From assembly GCA_963742735.1 (NCBI GenBank), contig CAVUMN010000004.1:1088001-1152000 (forward strand): DNA of 64,000 nucleotides, written 5' to 3'. Made by a program: the position numbers and the translations under genes. This document shows positions 1-8,996 of this stretch, piece after piece. The DNA comes from an uncultured Actinomycetes bacterium. GTDB lineage: Bacteria; Actinomycetota; UBA4738; JBBDTT01. Positions within the stretch are counted from its first letter, which is position 1. Each line of letters starts with the position of its first letter. Below the pieces are notes generated by a model. That model saw only the letters and a program-made list of their open reading frames with translations. It did not search any database and had not been told where the DNA came from.

Positions 1-360
1 AACGACGGGTTCGAGATCGGGACCTTCGCGCCGCGGCCCACGGAGACGGGCGACCCGACCGCCCTGCGCGTCCCGTTCTTCCACTCGAACATCGACAAGG
101 ACGAGGTCCTCTTCTACCACCGGGGCCAGTTCTTCTCGCGGGCGGGGATCGGCGAGGCGTTCATCACCCATCACCCGCAGGGCCTGCACCACGGGCCGCA
201 GCAGGCCGCGATCGAGGCGAGCAAGACGAAGGAGTTCGCCGACGAGTACGCGATCATGGTCGAGGCCGACCTGCCGCTGGCCGCCACCGACGACCTGGCC
301 GGCGTGGAGATCGACGGCTACGCCACGAGCTGGGCCCGAGGCATGGGCCTGATCGACTGA
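1..360 (+). CDS. hmgA: Homogentisate 1,2-dioxygenase, C-terminal part (5' truncated by window edge)
   Basis: Frame 1 reads NDGFEIGTFAPRP...VPFFHSNIDKDEVLFYHRGQFFSR...ITHHPQGLHHGPQ...DEYAIMVE, matching HmgA cupin motifs. TGA at 358-360. Next to an FAH-family gene. Confidence 0.85.
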   Translation, partial: NDGFEIGTFAPRPTETGDPTALRVPFFHSNIDKDEVLFYHRGQFFSRAGIGEAFITHHPQGLHHGPQQAAIEASKTKEFADEYAIMVEADLPLAATDDLAGVEIDGYATSWARGMGLID

Positions 361-364
361 GGGG

Positions 365-505
365 TCAGGCCGAGCGGAGCTGGGGGTCTTCGACGCGGTC
401 GGGTCCTCGTTCGACCGTCTCGCGCAGCTCCCGGATCAGGGCGTCGAGGCGCAGCCGGCGGGCGGGGTCGAGCGCCTCGGCCGGCCGGCGATGAGGGGCG
501 CTCAT
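365..505 (-). CDS. Small hypothetical protein (46 aa)
   Basis: ATG overlaps the FAH stop (ATGA). MSAPHRRPAEALDPARRLRLDALIRELRE...; no family recognised. Confidence 0.35.
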   Translation of the reverse strand: MSAPHRRPAEALDPARRLRLDALIRELRETVERGPDRVEDPQLRSA

Positions 506-1386
506 CGCCCACCGACCGTGTTGCGCAGGACCCCGATGCCCTCGACCTCGAGCTCGACGACGTCGTCCGGGGACAGGAACCGGCCCTGGTCCAGGCCGCA
601 CCCCCCGCCGAACGTCCCCGAGCCGTACACGTCGCCCGGCCACACGTCCTCGCCGCGTGACACGTAGGCGATCATCTGCGCGAACGACCAACGGGCGTCG
701 GCGAGGTGCCCCGCACCCCACACCTCGCCGTTCACCCTGGCCAGGAGTCGCGCGGAAGCCGGATCGAACTCGTCGGCCGTGACCACGCACGGGCCGAGGG
801 ACGTCGCGAAGTCCTTGGACTTGGCCGGGCCGAGCCAGGCCGACATCTCCTTGGCCTGCAGGTCCCGGGCCGACCAGTCGTTCATGACGGTGTAGCCGAA
901 GATCAACTTTTGAGCGTCGGCCTCGGAGAGGTCGCGCCCGCGTTTGCCGACGATGCACGCCACCTCGAGCTCGAAGTCGAGCTTCTCGGTGAACGGCGGC
1001 CAGTCGAGCGTCTCCTCGGGGCCGATCACGCTGCGGTGATTGCCCTTGTAGTAGACGGGGATCTCGTACCAGGCGTCGGGGACCTCGCCTCCGCGGCGCT
1101 CGGCGCCGAGCTTCGCGTGATCCTCGAAGGCCAGGAAGTCGCGCAGCGAGCTCGGGAGGATCGGGACCAGCAGCACGGGGTCCTCGACCACGAACTCCAT
1201 GACGTCCTCGTGCTCGAAGGCGGCGCGCGCCGCGTCCAGGGTCGTCCCCCCGTTGCGGGCCACCAGCGCCTCCATCGTGGAGGGGAACGCGGGATGCCCG
1301 ACCAGGTCGGGGAGATCGACGACGTGGCCCTCGTGAAGGGCCCCAAGCCTCCGTTCCCCCTGGCGTTCGTAGGTCACCAACCGCAT
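502..1386 (-). CDS. Fumarylacetoacetate hydrolase family protein
   Basis: Motifs RDFLAFEDH, YYKGN, LDFELE, NDWSARD, KSKDF, GSGT. Confidence 0.93.
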   Translation of the reverse strand: MRLVTYERQGERRLGALHEGHVVDLPDLVGHPAFPSTMEALVARNGGTTLDAARAAFEHEDVMEFVVEDPVLLVPILPSSLRDFLAFEDHAKLGAERRGGEVPDAWYEIPVYYKGNHRSVIGPEETLDWPPFTEKLDFELEVACIVGKRGRDLSEADAQKLIFGYTVMNDWSARDLQAKEMSAWLGPAKSKDFATSLGPCVVTADEFDPASARLLARVNGEVWGAGHLADARWSFAQMIAYVSRGEDVWPGDVYGSGTFGGGCGLDQGRFLSPDDVVELEVEGIGVLRNTVGGR

Positions 1387-1510
1387 ACCGACTCCGGTAC
1401 CTCAGGGGGGGAGGGAGCCGAATCGTAGCCACCCCCGGCCCGGGTTCAAGCACCTGCGGCCAACCTGTTACGTCTGTTGTCTGTCGTTACGAACTGTTTC
1501 TCCCGTCGAA

Positions 1511-2776
1511 TTACAGGAACAGCGGATCCCACTGGTTGGCGACCGCGTTGAGGGCCGAGAGGAGTCCCTCGTTGCCCCTCGGCTCCACCCGCAGGACCGC
1601 GTCGGGGATGCGGATGGAGTGCTGGCTGCCGTCCGCGAAGCGGACCCGTCGGTCGGCGGTGGCGAGGAACACCTGGGCCCGCTGCGGCGTGTCGTCGTCG
1701 GTGTCGGGGTCGGGGACCAGGAGCTTGAAGGTCGGGGTGAACTCCTGCGACAGGTCGCCGAACACCCACGACACGACGGTCGCGCCCGGGCCGGGCTCCT
1801 CGGCGAGCTCGCCGACGCCGTCCTCCTCGCGGAGCTCGAAGGACCGGCCGGTGCCCTCACTCCACGCCAGCAGCTGGGGCAGGACCAGGTCGGCCCAGAA
1901 CCGGGGGATCCGGTCGGTCGTGTTGTCGAGCATGAATCGGATCTTGCGGATGTTCGGGTTCTCCAGGGCGGGAACCAGAAAGTTGCGGAACCCCTCCGGG
2001 TAGCACAGACCGCCGAGCGGGACCTTGAACCAGTACATGATCCCCGCGCCGTTCTGGGCGAATTCGCGGCCGTCGCGGGCCACCGCCTCCCACGACCGGG
2101 CCAGCCGGACGTGCTCGGTCTCGGTGAGGGGCGCCGCGGCCTCGGGGGCGGGGGGCGGCGCGTGCTGCTCGAGGACCTTCTCGCCGTTCAGCCGGTCCAT
2201 GCACATCCCGAGGTTCGCGTTGTACGGCTCGAACAGCTCGATCGGCGTGTCGTGGGACTTCTTGCGCCACCGGCCGTGCTCGGTCCAGGCGATGCGGGCC
2301 TTGCGGATCCAGCTGAACGCGTCCATGTACACCGCACGGCTCACCAGGATGTGCCCGGCATCGGCTATCTCCATGGCCCGGGCGGCGCGGTCGACGTGGC
2401 TCCCGAACACGTCGGACTTCCCGAGGGCGTCGGCCTCCACGCTGACCTCACCCATGTCCAGGCCGATGCGGACCTGGATGTGCGGGTGGGCGTGGAAGCG
2501 CTCCTGGATCTCGATCGCGCGCTCCACGGCCACCGATGGGCGGTCCAGGATGGCCAGCAGCCCGTCGCCCGTGGACTTCACGATGGTGCCGGCGCCGTCC
2601 CGCGTGAGGATCTCGGTGACCAGCGCGTCGTGCTCCTTGCGCAGCATCTGGAACGCCTGCTCGTCGGACGCCGCCGCCATCTGCTCCTTGAGCACCGTGG
2701 AGCCCTTCATGTCGTCGAAGAAGACGACGTGGACCTCGGTCCGCTGACCCGCGGCGGCGCCCGGCGCTTCACTCAT
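1511..2776 (-). CDS. Class III adenylate/guanylate cyclase with C-terminal domain of unknown function
   Basis: FFDDMKGST, VKSTGDGLL, RIGLDMGEV, DVFGSHVDRAAR, then a Pro/Ala linker and about 200 aa unrecognised domain. Confidence 0.85.
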   Translation of the reverse strand: MSEAPGAAAGQRTEVHVVFFDDMKGSTVLKEQMAAASDEQAFQMLRKEHDALVTEILTRDGAGTIVKSTGDGLLAILDRPSVAVERAIEIQERFHAHPHIQVRIGLDMGEVSVEADALGKSDVFGSHVDRAARAMEIADAGHILVSRAVYMDAFSWIRKARIAWTEHGRWRKKSHDTPIELFEPYNANLGMCMDRLNGEKVLEQHAPPPAPEAAAPLTETEHVRLARSWEAVARDGREFAQNGAGIMYWFKVPLGGLCYPEGFRNFLVPALENPNIRKIRFMLDNTTDRIPRFWADLVLPQLLAWSEGTGRSFELREEDGVGELAEEPGPGATVVSWVFGDLSQEFTPTFKLLVPDPDTDDDTPQRAQVFLATADRRVRFADGSQHSIRIPDAVLRVEPRGNEGLLSALNAVANQWDPLFL

Positions 2777-2779
2777 CGT

Positions 2780-4762
2780 TCAGCGCCACTCCAGGGCGAC
2801 GACCTCGACCGGCTCGGCGATGCCCTTCAGCGCCACCTCGCGCGGCTCCGAGAACGTTCGTCCCGCGCCGGCCGCCTCGGCGGTCTGCCGGCTGGTGAGG
2901 ACCTCGCCCCCGCCGGCGAGCGCCCCGATCCGGGCGGCCGCGTGGACGCCCACGCCGGTCCAGTCCTCGCCCTCGCGGGTGGCCTCGGCCAGGTGCATCC
3001 CGATGCGGACCTGCGGCGCGAACCCATGCTCGCGACGGTGCCGGTCCAGCGCCATCTGGATCTCGACCGCGCAGTCCAGGGCGGCACCGGGCTCCGCGAA
3101 GGTCACGAAGAACCCGTCGCCCATCGTGCGGACGACCTCGCCCCCGTGTTCGCCGACGAGCTTCGCGAGGGTGTCGTTGTGCCACCGAACCAGGTGCTCC
3201 CACGCCTCGTCACCGATCGCCTCCGCGAGGTTGGTGGACTGGACGATGTCGGTGAACATGAACACCCGGACCTCCCGGTCCCGCGTGCGCGTCGGGGAGA
3301 GCTCCTCCTCCAGGCGTTTGGCACGCTTGAGGTCGAGCTTGGCCCCGAGGTCCTCGAGGGCCATGCGCGCCGCCCGCGCCTCCAGCAGTCCCTGGTCCGT
3401 TCGGCCGGCGGCGCCCAGCGCCTCCGCCAGGCGAAGCCGCACCAGGGCCGTCTCGTAGGGCGCCCCGACGCCGCGCCACAGACCGGCCGCCGTCTCGAGC
3501 TCGTTCCGCGCCGTCTCGAGGTCCGCGCCGCCGAGCGCCACCACGCCCCGCGCGGCGGCCGCCGTGGCGTTCAGCGCGGTGCTCCGGTAGCGCTCCGCGA
3601 TTCCCGACAGCTCCTCCGAGGCGGCGCGGGCGCGATCCAGGTCGCCCGCCGCCACGGCCACCTCGGCCTGCACGGCGAGGAACGGCGCGCGGCGGAGCTC
3701 GGTGTGGGGCGGCGTCTCGAAGCTCGGCAGGTCGTGTGGGTGGTCGAGGGCGTCGCCGATGGTCGCGGCGGCCGAGGCGACGTCGCCGCGGGCGAGAGCC
3801 AGTCGGGCCAGGCCAACCTGCGGCGGCCACCCGAGCTGATGGGCGCGGGCCAGGGCGTCCTCGGTACCGGGCAGGTCCCCCATGCGCAGGCGCACGCCGG
3901 CGAGCTCGGACATGATCCAGCCGCGTTCGTGCTCCGACGCGTGGCCGCGGAGCTCCCCGAGGGCGGTCTCGATCTCCCGCGTCGCCTCCTCGTTGGCGCC
4001 GCGCAGCCGGAGGACCTGCGCGCGATGGACGCGGCACCGTCCTCGCGTCCCGCCGGTCTCGTGCTCGGTGTAGTTCAGGCGCATGGCCTCGCTCCACTGG
4101 TCCGCGCGCTCGAACTCGGACAGGGCCTGCCAGGAGCACATGACCCGGCAGAAGACCATCCCCGCCATGACCGGATCCGTCGCGCCGGAGCTGGCCGCGA
4201 GCACGGCCTCGTCGAGGAGGCGCAGCCCCTCGTCGACCTCCCCCTGCAGGATGAGGATCTGGCCCACGCCGAGCTTTCCCAGCATGATCGTCATCGGGTC
4301 GTCGAACTGGGTGCCGATGTCCAGGGAACGCCGGGCGTCGGCCATCGCCTCATCGAGGTTGCCGAGCACCATGTGGCTGGTCGATCGCATGGTCAGGAGC
4401 ATCGCCATGAGCGGCGAGTCGCCCGAGTCCTGGAGCATCCGCTCGCCCCGGGCCACCCACGCCTGAGCGGGGAGGAACAGGTCGCGCTCGAGCATGAGGC
4501 CTGCGACCTCGGCCGCCGCCGCCGCCGCCGCCTCGTGATCGCCCCGCCGTGCCGCGGCGTGGTGTTCGCGCTCCCACACCCTCGCGGCCTCGTCGAGGTG
4601 GCCGGTGAAGTAGGCCGCGCCGCCGAACATCGGGAGGGTCTCGGCGTCCAGGCGGTCGTCCTGCGCCAGGGGGCTCAGCGCCTCGTAGGCGGCCCTCCAG
4701 TCCTGACGCCCCATCGCCTCGCGCGCCTCGGCGAGGGCGACCTCGTCGGCAACCTGGCTCAT
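2780..4762 (-). CDS. TPR/MalT-like helical sensor fused to C-terminal class III cyclase
   Basis: Start re-called at ATG 4762 (MSQVADEVALAE). Helical repeats, then FMFTDIVQST, MGDGFF, RIGMHL, VHAAARI. Confidence 0.85.
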   Translation of the reverse strand: MSQVADEVALAEAREAMGRQDWRAAYEALSPLAQDDRLDAETLPMFGGAAYFTGHLDEAARVWEREHHAAARRGDHEAAAAAAAEVAGLMLERDLFLPAQAWVARGERMLQDSGDSPLMAMLLTMRSTSHMVLGNLDEAMADARRSLDIGTQFDDPMTIMLGKLGVGQILILQGEVDEGLRLLDEAVLAASSGATDPVMAGMVFCRVMCSWQALSEFERADQWSEAMRLNYTEHETGGTRGRCRVHRAQVLRLRGANEEATREIETALGELRGHASEHERGWIMSELAGVRLRMGDLPGTEDALARAHQLGWPPQVGLARLALARGDVASAAATIGDALDHPHDLPSFETPPHTELRRAPFLAVQAEVAVAAGDLDRARAASEELSGIAERYRSTALNATAAAARGVVALGGADLETARNELETAAGLWRGVGAPYETALVRLRLAEALGAAGRTDQGLLEARAARMALEDLGAKLDLKRAKRLEEELSPTRTRDREVRVFMFTDIVQSTNLAEAIGDEAWEHLVRWHNDTLAKLVGEHGGEVVRTMGDGFFVTFAEPGAALDCAVEIQMALDRHRREHGFAPQVRIGMHLAEATREGEDWTGVGVHAAARIGALAGGGEVLTSRQTAEAAGAGRTFSEPREVALKGIAEPVEVVALEWR

Positions 4763-4858
4763 CGTTCCAAGCCTCCCGTGGCGATTGTAGGCACGGGTCG
4801 CGTCCGGCTGAAGGGTACGATCGCACCGGCACGTCAACGAGGCAAAGGAGCCGCGGCG

Positions 4859-6343
4859 ATGGCGGACGAGTACCTGAACCACATCGGCGGGAAGTGGGTG
4901 CCGGCCTCGAACGGGGAGACGTTCGAGTCGCGGAACCCGGCGGACACCGACGACCTGGTCGGCGTGGTGGCGAAGGGCACGGCCGACGACGTCGATGCGG
5001 CGGTCCGCGCGGCGGCCGACGCGTACCCGGACTGGCTCCTCACCCCCGTACCCAAGCGCGCCGACTACGTCCTGCGCGCCGGGCTGATCCTGGAGCAGCG
5101 CAAGGAGGAGCTCTCGCGCCTGATGACGCGGGAGATGGGCAAGACCCTCCGCGAGACGCGCGCCGACGTGCAAGAGGGGATCGACTTCTGCTTCTACATG
5201 GCCGGCGAGGGACGCCGGTTCTTCGGGCAGACCATGCCGAGCGAGCTGCCCTCGAAGTTCTCGATGACGGTCCGCCATCCCATCGGCGTCATGGGCCTGA
5301 TCACGCCCTGGAACTTCCCGATCGCGATCCCGCTGTGGAAGATCGCCCCCGCGCTACTCTCCGGGTGCACCAGCGTGTTCAAGCCGGCCGAGGACACGCC
5401 GGTGCTGGCCACGATCCTGGTGCAGATCTTCGAGGAGGTCGGCCTGCCCCCCGGCGTGCTGAACCTGGTCAACGGGATCGGCGAGGAGGCCGGCGCCGCG
5501 CTGGTGAGCCATCCCGGCGTTCGCGGGATCAGCTTCACCGGCTCGCTCGAGGTGGGCCGGATGATCAACGAGCAGTGCGCGGCCGAGATGAAGCGGTGCT
5601 CGCTGGAGCTGGGATCCAAGAACTGCCTGATCGTGATGCCCGACGCCGACCTGGACCTCGCCGTCGAGGCGGGGGCGTGGGGCGCCTTCGCCACCGCCGG
5701 GCAGCGGTGCACCGCCACCTCCCGGATCGCCGTCCACGCCGACGTGAAGGACGCCTACCGCGACCGGCTGCTGGAGCGGGTGGCCACCCTCAAGCCCGGC
5801 AACGGCCTGGACGAGTCGGTGGAGCTCGCCCCGGTGATCAACGCGAAGCAGAAGGCGCGGATCCTGGAGTACATCGAGATCGGCAAGGCCGAGGGCGCCG
5901 TCCTGGTCGCCGGGGGCGAGGCCCTGAGCGGCCCGGAGTTCGACAAGGGGAACTTCGTGGCGGCGACCGTGTTCGACGACATGCGCCCGGACATGCGGAT
6001 CGCCCAGGAGGAGATCTTCGGCCCGGTGACCGGGCTGATGACCGTCCAGGACGTGGACGAGGCCATCGCCGTGGCCAACTCGACCAACTACGGCCTGTCC
6101 TGCTCGATCTACACCCACGACATCACCAACGTGTTCAAGGCCATCCAGCAGCTGGAGTTCGGCGTGGTCTACGTGAACGCGCCGACGATCGGCGCGGAGG
6201 TCCAGATCCCGTTCGGGGGGATGAAGCACACCGGCAACGGCCACCGCGAGGCCGGCCCCCAGGCCCTCGACGAGTTCACGGAGTGGAAGGCCGTGTCCGT
6301 GGACTTCTCGGGGAAGGTCCAGAAGGCCCAGATGGGCGACTGA
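4859..6343 (+). CDS. Aldehyde dehydrogenase family protein
   Basis: AAGGAG RBS then ATG 4859. Motifs ITPWNFP, FKPAE, SFTGS, LELGSKN, AGQRCTA, EEIFGPV, PFGG. Confidence 0.95.
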   Translation: MADEYLNHIGGKWVPASNGETFESRNPADTDDLVGVVAKGTADDVDAAVRAAADAYPDWLLTPVPKRADYVLRAGLILEQRKEELSRLMTREMGKTLRETRADVQEGIDFCFYMAGEGRRFFGQTMPSELPSKFSMTVRHPIGVMGLITPWNFPIAIPLWKIAPALLSGCTSVFKPAEDTPVLATILVQIFEEVGLPPGVLNLVNGIGEEAGAALVSHPGVRGISFTGSLEVGRMINEQCAAEMKRCSLELGSKNCLIVMPDADLDLAVEAGAWGAFATAGQRCTATSRIAVHADVKDAYRDRLLERVATLKPGNGLDESVELAPVINAKQKARILEYIEIGKAEGAVLVAGGEALSGPEFDKGNFVAATVFDDMRPDMRIAQEEIFGPVTGLMTVQDVDEAIAVANSTNYGLSCSIYTHDITNVFKAIQQLEFGVVYVNAPTIGAEVQIPFGGMKHTGNGHREAGPQALDEFTEWKAVSVDFSGKVQKAQMGD

Positions 6344-6353
6344 GGCTGCGCGG

Positions 6354-8996
6354 ATGGACGCGGGAACCATGCGCACCGATCTCCCCACCGGGACCGTCAC
6401 CTTCCTGTTCACCGACATCGAGGGCTCGACCAAGCTGGTCCAGCGCCTGGGGAGCGAGTTCAGGACGGTCCTCGAGCAGCACCACCGGATCCTGCGCGAG
6501 GCCATCCGCGACGCGGGAGGGCTGGACCTGCGAACCGAGGGTGACGCGTTCTTCGCGGTGTTCACCACCGCCGACGCGGCGATCGCCGCGTGCGTGGCCG
6601 CCCAGCGGGCGCTCACGGGGCAGGCGTGGCCGGAGGGAGCCGAGGTCCGCGTCCGGATGGGGGCGCACACGGGCGAAGGCGTCCTGGGCGGCGACGACTA
6701 CGTGGGCCTGGACGTGCACCGCGCGGCCCGGATCGCCTCGACCGGCCACGGGGGGCAGATCGTGATCTCCGCGACGACGGCCGCGCTCGGCGCGTCGCTG
6801 GCGCCCGGCGTGGCCCTTCGCGATCTCGGCTCGCACCGGCTGAAGGACCTCCCTGACCCCGAGCACCTCCGGCAGGTCGTCGTCCCCGGGCTGGCGGCGG
6901 ACTTCCCGCCACTGCGGACCCTGCTCGCGGCGGCCACGCTGCCCTCGTTCCCGACGAGCTTCGTGGGCCGGCTCGAGGCATCCGCCGCGCTCCGGGACCA
7001 CCTGACGACGGCCCGCCTGGTGACCCTGACGGGCCCGGGGGGGACGGGGAAGACGCGCCTGGCGGTCGAGGTCGCCCGTGAGGTCGGGGAACGGTATCCG
7101 GACGGCGTCAGCTTCGTCGATCTGGCCCCGATCACCGACGCCGCCTTGGTCGGCCCGGAGATCGCCTCGGCGCTCGGCGTAGAGGTTCCGGCGGGGACGG
7201 CCCCCGTCCAGGCGGTCGTGGAGGCGCTCGGCACCCGAGCGGTGCTGTTGCTGCTGGACAACTTCGAGCAGGTCGTGGCCGCCGCGCCCGACGTCTCGGC
7301 GCTGCTCGGCGGGGCGCCGGCCACCGGGGTGGTGGTGACGAGCCGGGAGCCACTGGGGATCCGCGGCGAGCAGGTCCTCCCGCTCTCTCCGCTGGGCCTC
7401 GGGGAGGCGGACGGGGAGGCGGTCGAGCTCTTCGTCGAGCGGGCGCGGTCGATGGACCCGTCCTTCGAGCTCGACGAGCGGTCGGCGGAGGTGGTGGCGC
7501 GCATCTGTGCCCGTCTGGACGGGATGCCGCTGGCCATCGAGCTCGCGGCAGGGCGGATCCGGACGCTGTCCCCGGAGGAGATCCTGGCCCGGCTCGATCA
7601 TTCGCTCCCGCTGCTCACCGGGGGGCCCCGCGACGCCCCCGTCCGCCAGCGGACGCTTCGGGCCACGATCGAGTGGAGCCACGATCTGCTCGAGGACGCC
7701 GAGCGCGCGATGTTCCGGCGCCTGGCGGCCTTCGCCGGGGGGTGGACGCTCGACGCGGCGCAGGCCGTCGCCGACCCCGAGGGCGAGCTCGGCGATCCGC
7801 TCGACCTCCTGGCGTCGCTCGTCCAGAAGAGCGTGGTCCGCCGGGAGCGGGGGGGCCCGGAGGGGCGGTTCGGCATGTACGAGACGATCCGCGAGCTCGC
7901 CCTCGAGCGGCTGGAGGCCTCCGGCGAGATCGCCGACGTGCAGCGCCGCCACGCCGAATGGGCGGCGGCGCTCGCGGAGCGCGCCCAACGTCCCCTGATC
8001 GGCCCCGATCGCCGGTGGTGGAAGGAGCAGCTCGCGCAGGAGCTCGACAACCTGCGTGCGGCGCTCGAGTGGTCCGTGCGGGTCGACGAGGCCGGGCCCG
8101 GCCTGCGGATCGCCGCCTCGTCCTGGCGGTTCTGGCACGCCTACGGCGCCCTGACCGAGGCCCGCCGGCGGTTCGCGGACGTCCTCGCGCTGCCCTCCGC
8201 GCGGGACGCCGGAGCGCTGCGGGCGCGGGCCCTCGCCGCGATGGGTGGTCTGGCGTACTGGCAGAGCGATCACCAGGCGACGCAGTCCGCCTACGCCGAA
8301 GCGCTGGCCATCGCGCGGACCGCCGGGGACCGCAAGCTCGAGGCCGACGCGCTGGTCGACGCGTTCTTCGGCTTCGACGCGATGGGGGACCACGAAACCT
8401 CACAGAAGCTCGCCGACGAGGCCCGGGGCATCTACGAGGAGCTCGGGGACGAGCTCGGGCTGGCCTATCTGCTGCTCCACGACGCGTTCATGGCCGTGTG
8501 GCAGGGGGACCTGGTTGGCGGCGGAGCCATCGCGGCACGGGCCACACCCGCACTTCGCGGGGCCGAGGACGAGCTCATGCTCGTCGAGGTCCTGCAGATC
8601 GAGGGGGCTGCGTCCGTGCGCGATGGTGACGTGCCGAGGGCACAGGCGCGCCTCTCCGAGTCGCTCGAGCTGCACCTACGCGCGATGGACCTCACCCACC
8701 TGGCGATGACCCTGCAGCTCTCGGGGATCGTCGCGGCGGCCCTCGGCCGGCTCGAGGACTGTTCCCGGATGATCGGCGCGTCGGAGGGCCTGGTGCGCAA
8801 GCTCGGCGTGACGCTGCCGACGGGATTCTCGGACCTCTTGCTCGCGACGTCCGTGGCGCCGGCCGTGGAGAAGCTGGGCCGGGCCGGGCACGACGCCCTT
8901 CGGTCCGAGGGCGCGGCGCGGTCGCTCGACCAGGCCATCGCCCTGGCCCGCGACATCCTGAGCGACCCCTCGCGCCAGAGCAAGGTCGCGCGGTGA
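6354..8996 (+). CDS. Class III cyclase + STAND (NB-ARC-like) NTPase + TPR protein, copy 1
   Basis: FLFTDIEGST, EGDAFF, VHRAARI; Walker A GPGGTGKT; LLDNFEQ; LDGMPLAIELAA; C-terminal TPR-like helices. Start may be 6369. Confidence 0.92.
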   Translation: MDAGTMRTDLPTGTVTFLFTDIEGSTKLVQRLGSEFRTVLEQHHRILREAIRDAGGLDLRTEGDAFFAVFTTADAAIAACVAAQRALTGQAWPEGAEVRVRMGAHTGEGVLGGDDYVGLDVHRAARIASTGHGGQIVISATTAALGASLAPGVALRDLGSHRLKDLPDPEHLRQVVVPGLAADFPPLRTLLAAATLPSFPTSFVGRLEASAALRDHLTTARLVTLTGPGGTGKTRLAVEVAREVGERYPDGVSFVDLAPITDAALVGPEIASALGVEVPAGTAPVQAVVEALGTRAVLLLLDNFEQVVAAAPDVSALLGGAPATGVVVTSREPLGIRGEQVLPLSPLGLGEADGEAVELFVERARSMDPSFELDERSAEVVARICARLDGMPLAIELAAGRIRTLSPEEILARLDHSLPLLTGGPRDAPVRQRTLRATIEWSHDLLEDAERAMFRRLAAFAGGWTLDAAQAVADPEGELGDPLDLLASLVQKSVVRRERGGPEGRFGMYETIRELALERLEASGEIADVQRRHAEWAAALAERAQRPLIGPDRRWWKEQLAQELDNLRAALEWSVRVDEAGPGLRIAASSWRFWHAYGALTEARRRFADVLALPSARDAGALRARALAAMGGLAYWQSDHQATQSAYAEALAIARTAGDRKLEADALVDAFFGFDAMGDHETSQKLADEARGIYEELGDELGLAYLLLHDAFMAVWQGDLVGGGAIAARATPALRGAEDELMLVEVLQIEGAASVRDGDVPRAQARLSESLELHLRAMDLTHLAMTLQLSGIVAAALGRLEDCSRMIGASEGLVRKLGVTLPTGFSDLLLATSVAPAVEKLGRAGHDALRSEGAARSLDQAIALARDILSDPSRQSKVAR

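Noticed and set aside
1619-4858. N-terminal about 1080 aa of the 1574-aa plus-strand ORF
   Set aside because: Antisense shadow of the two cyclase genes. The real ALDH starts at 4859 with its own RBS.
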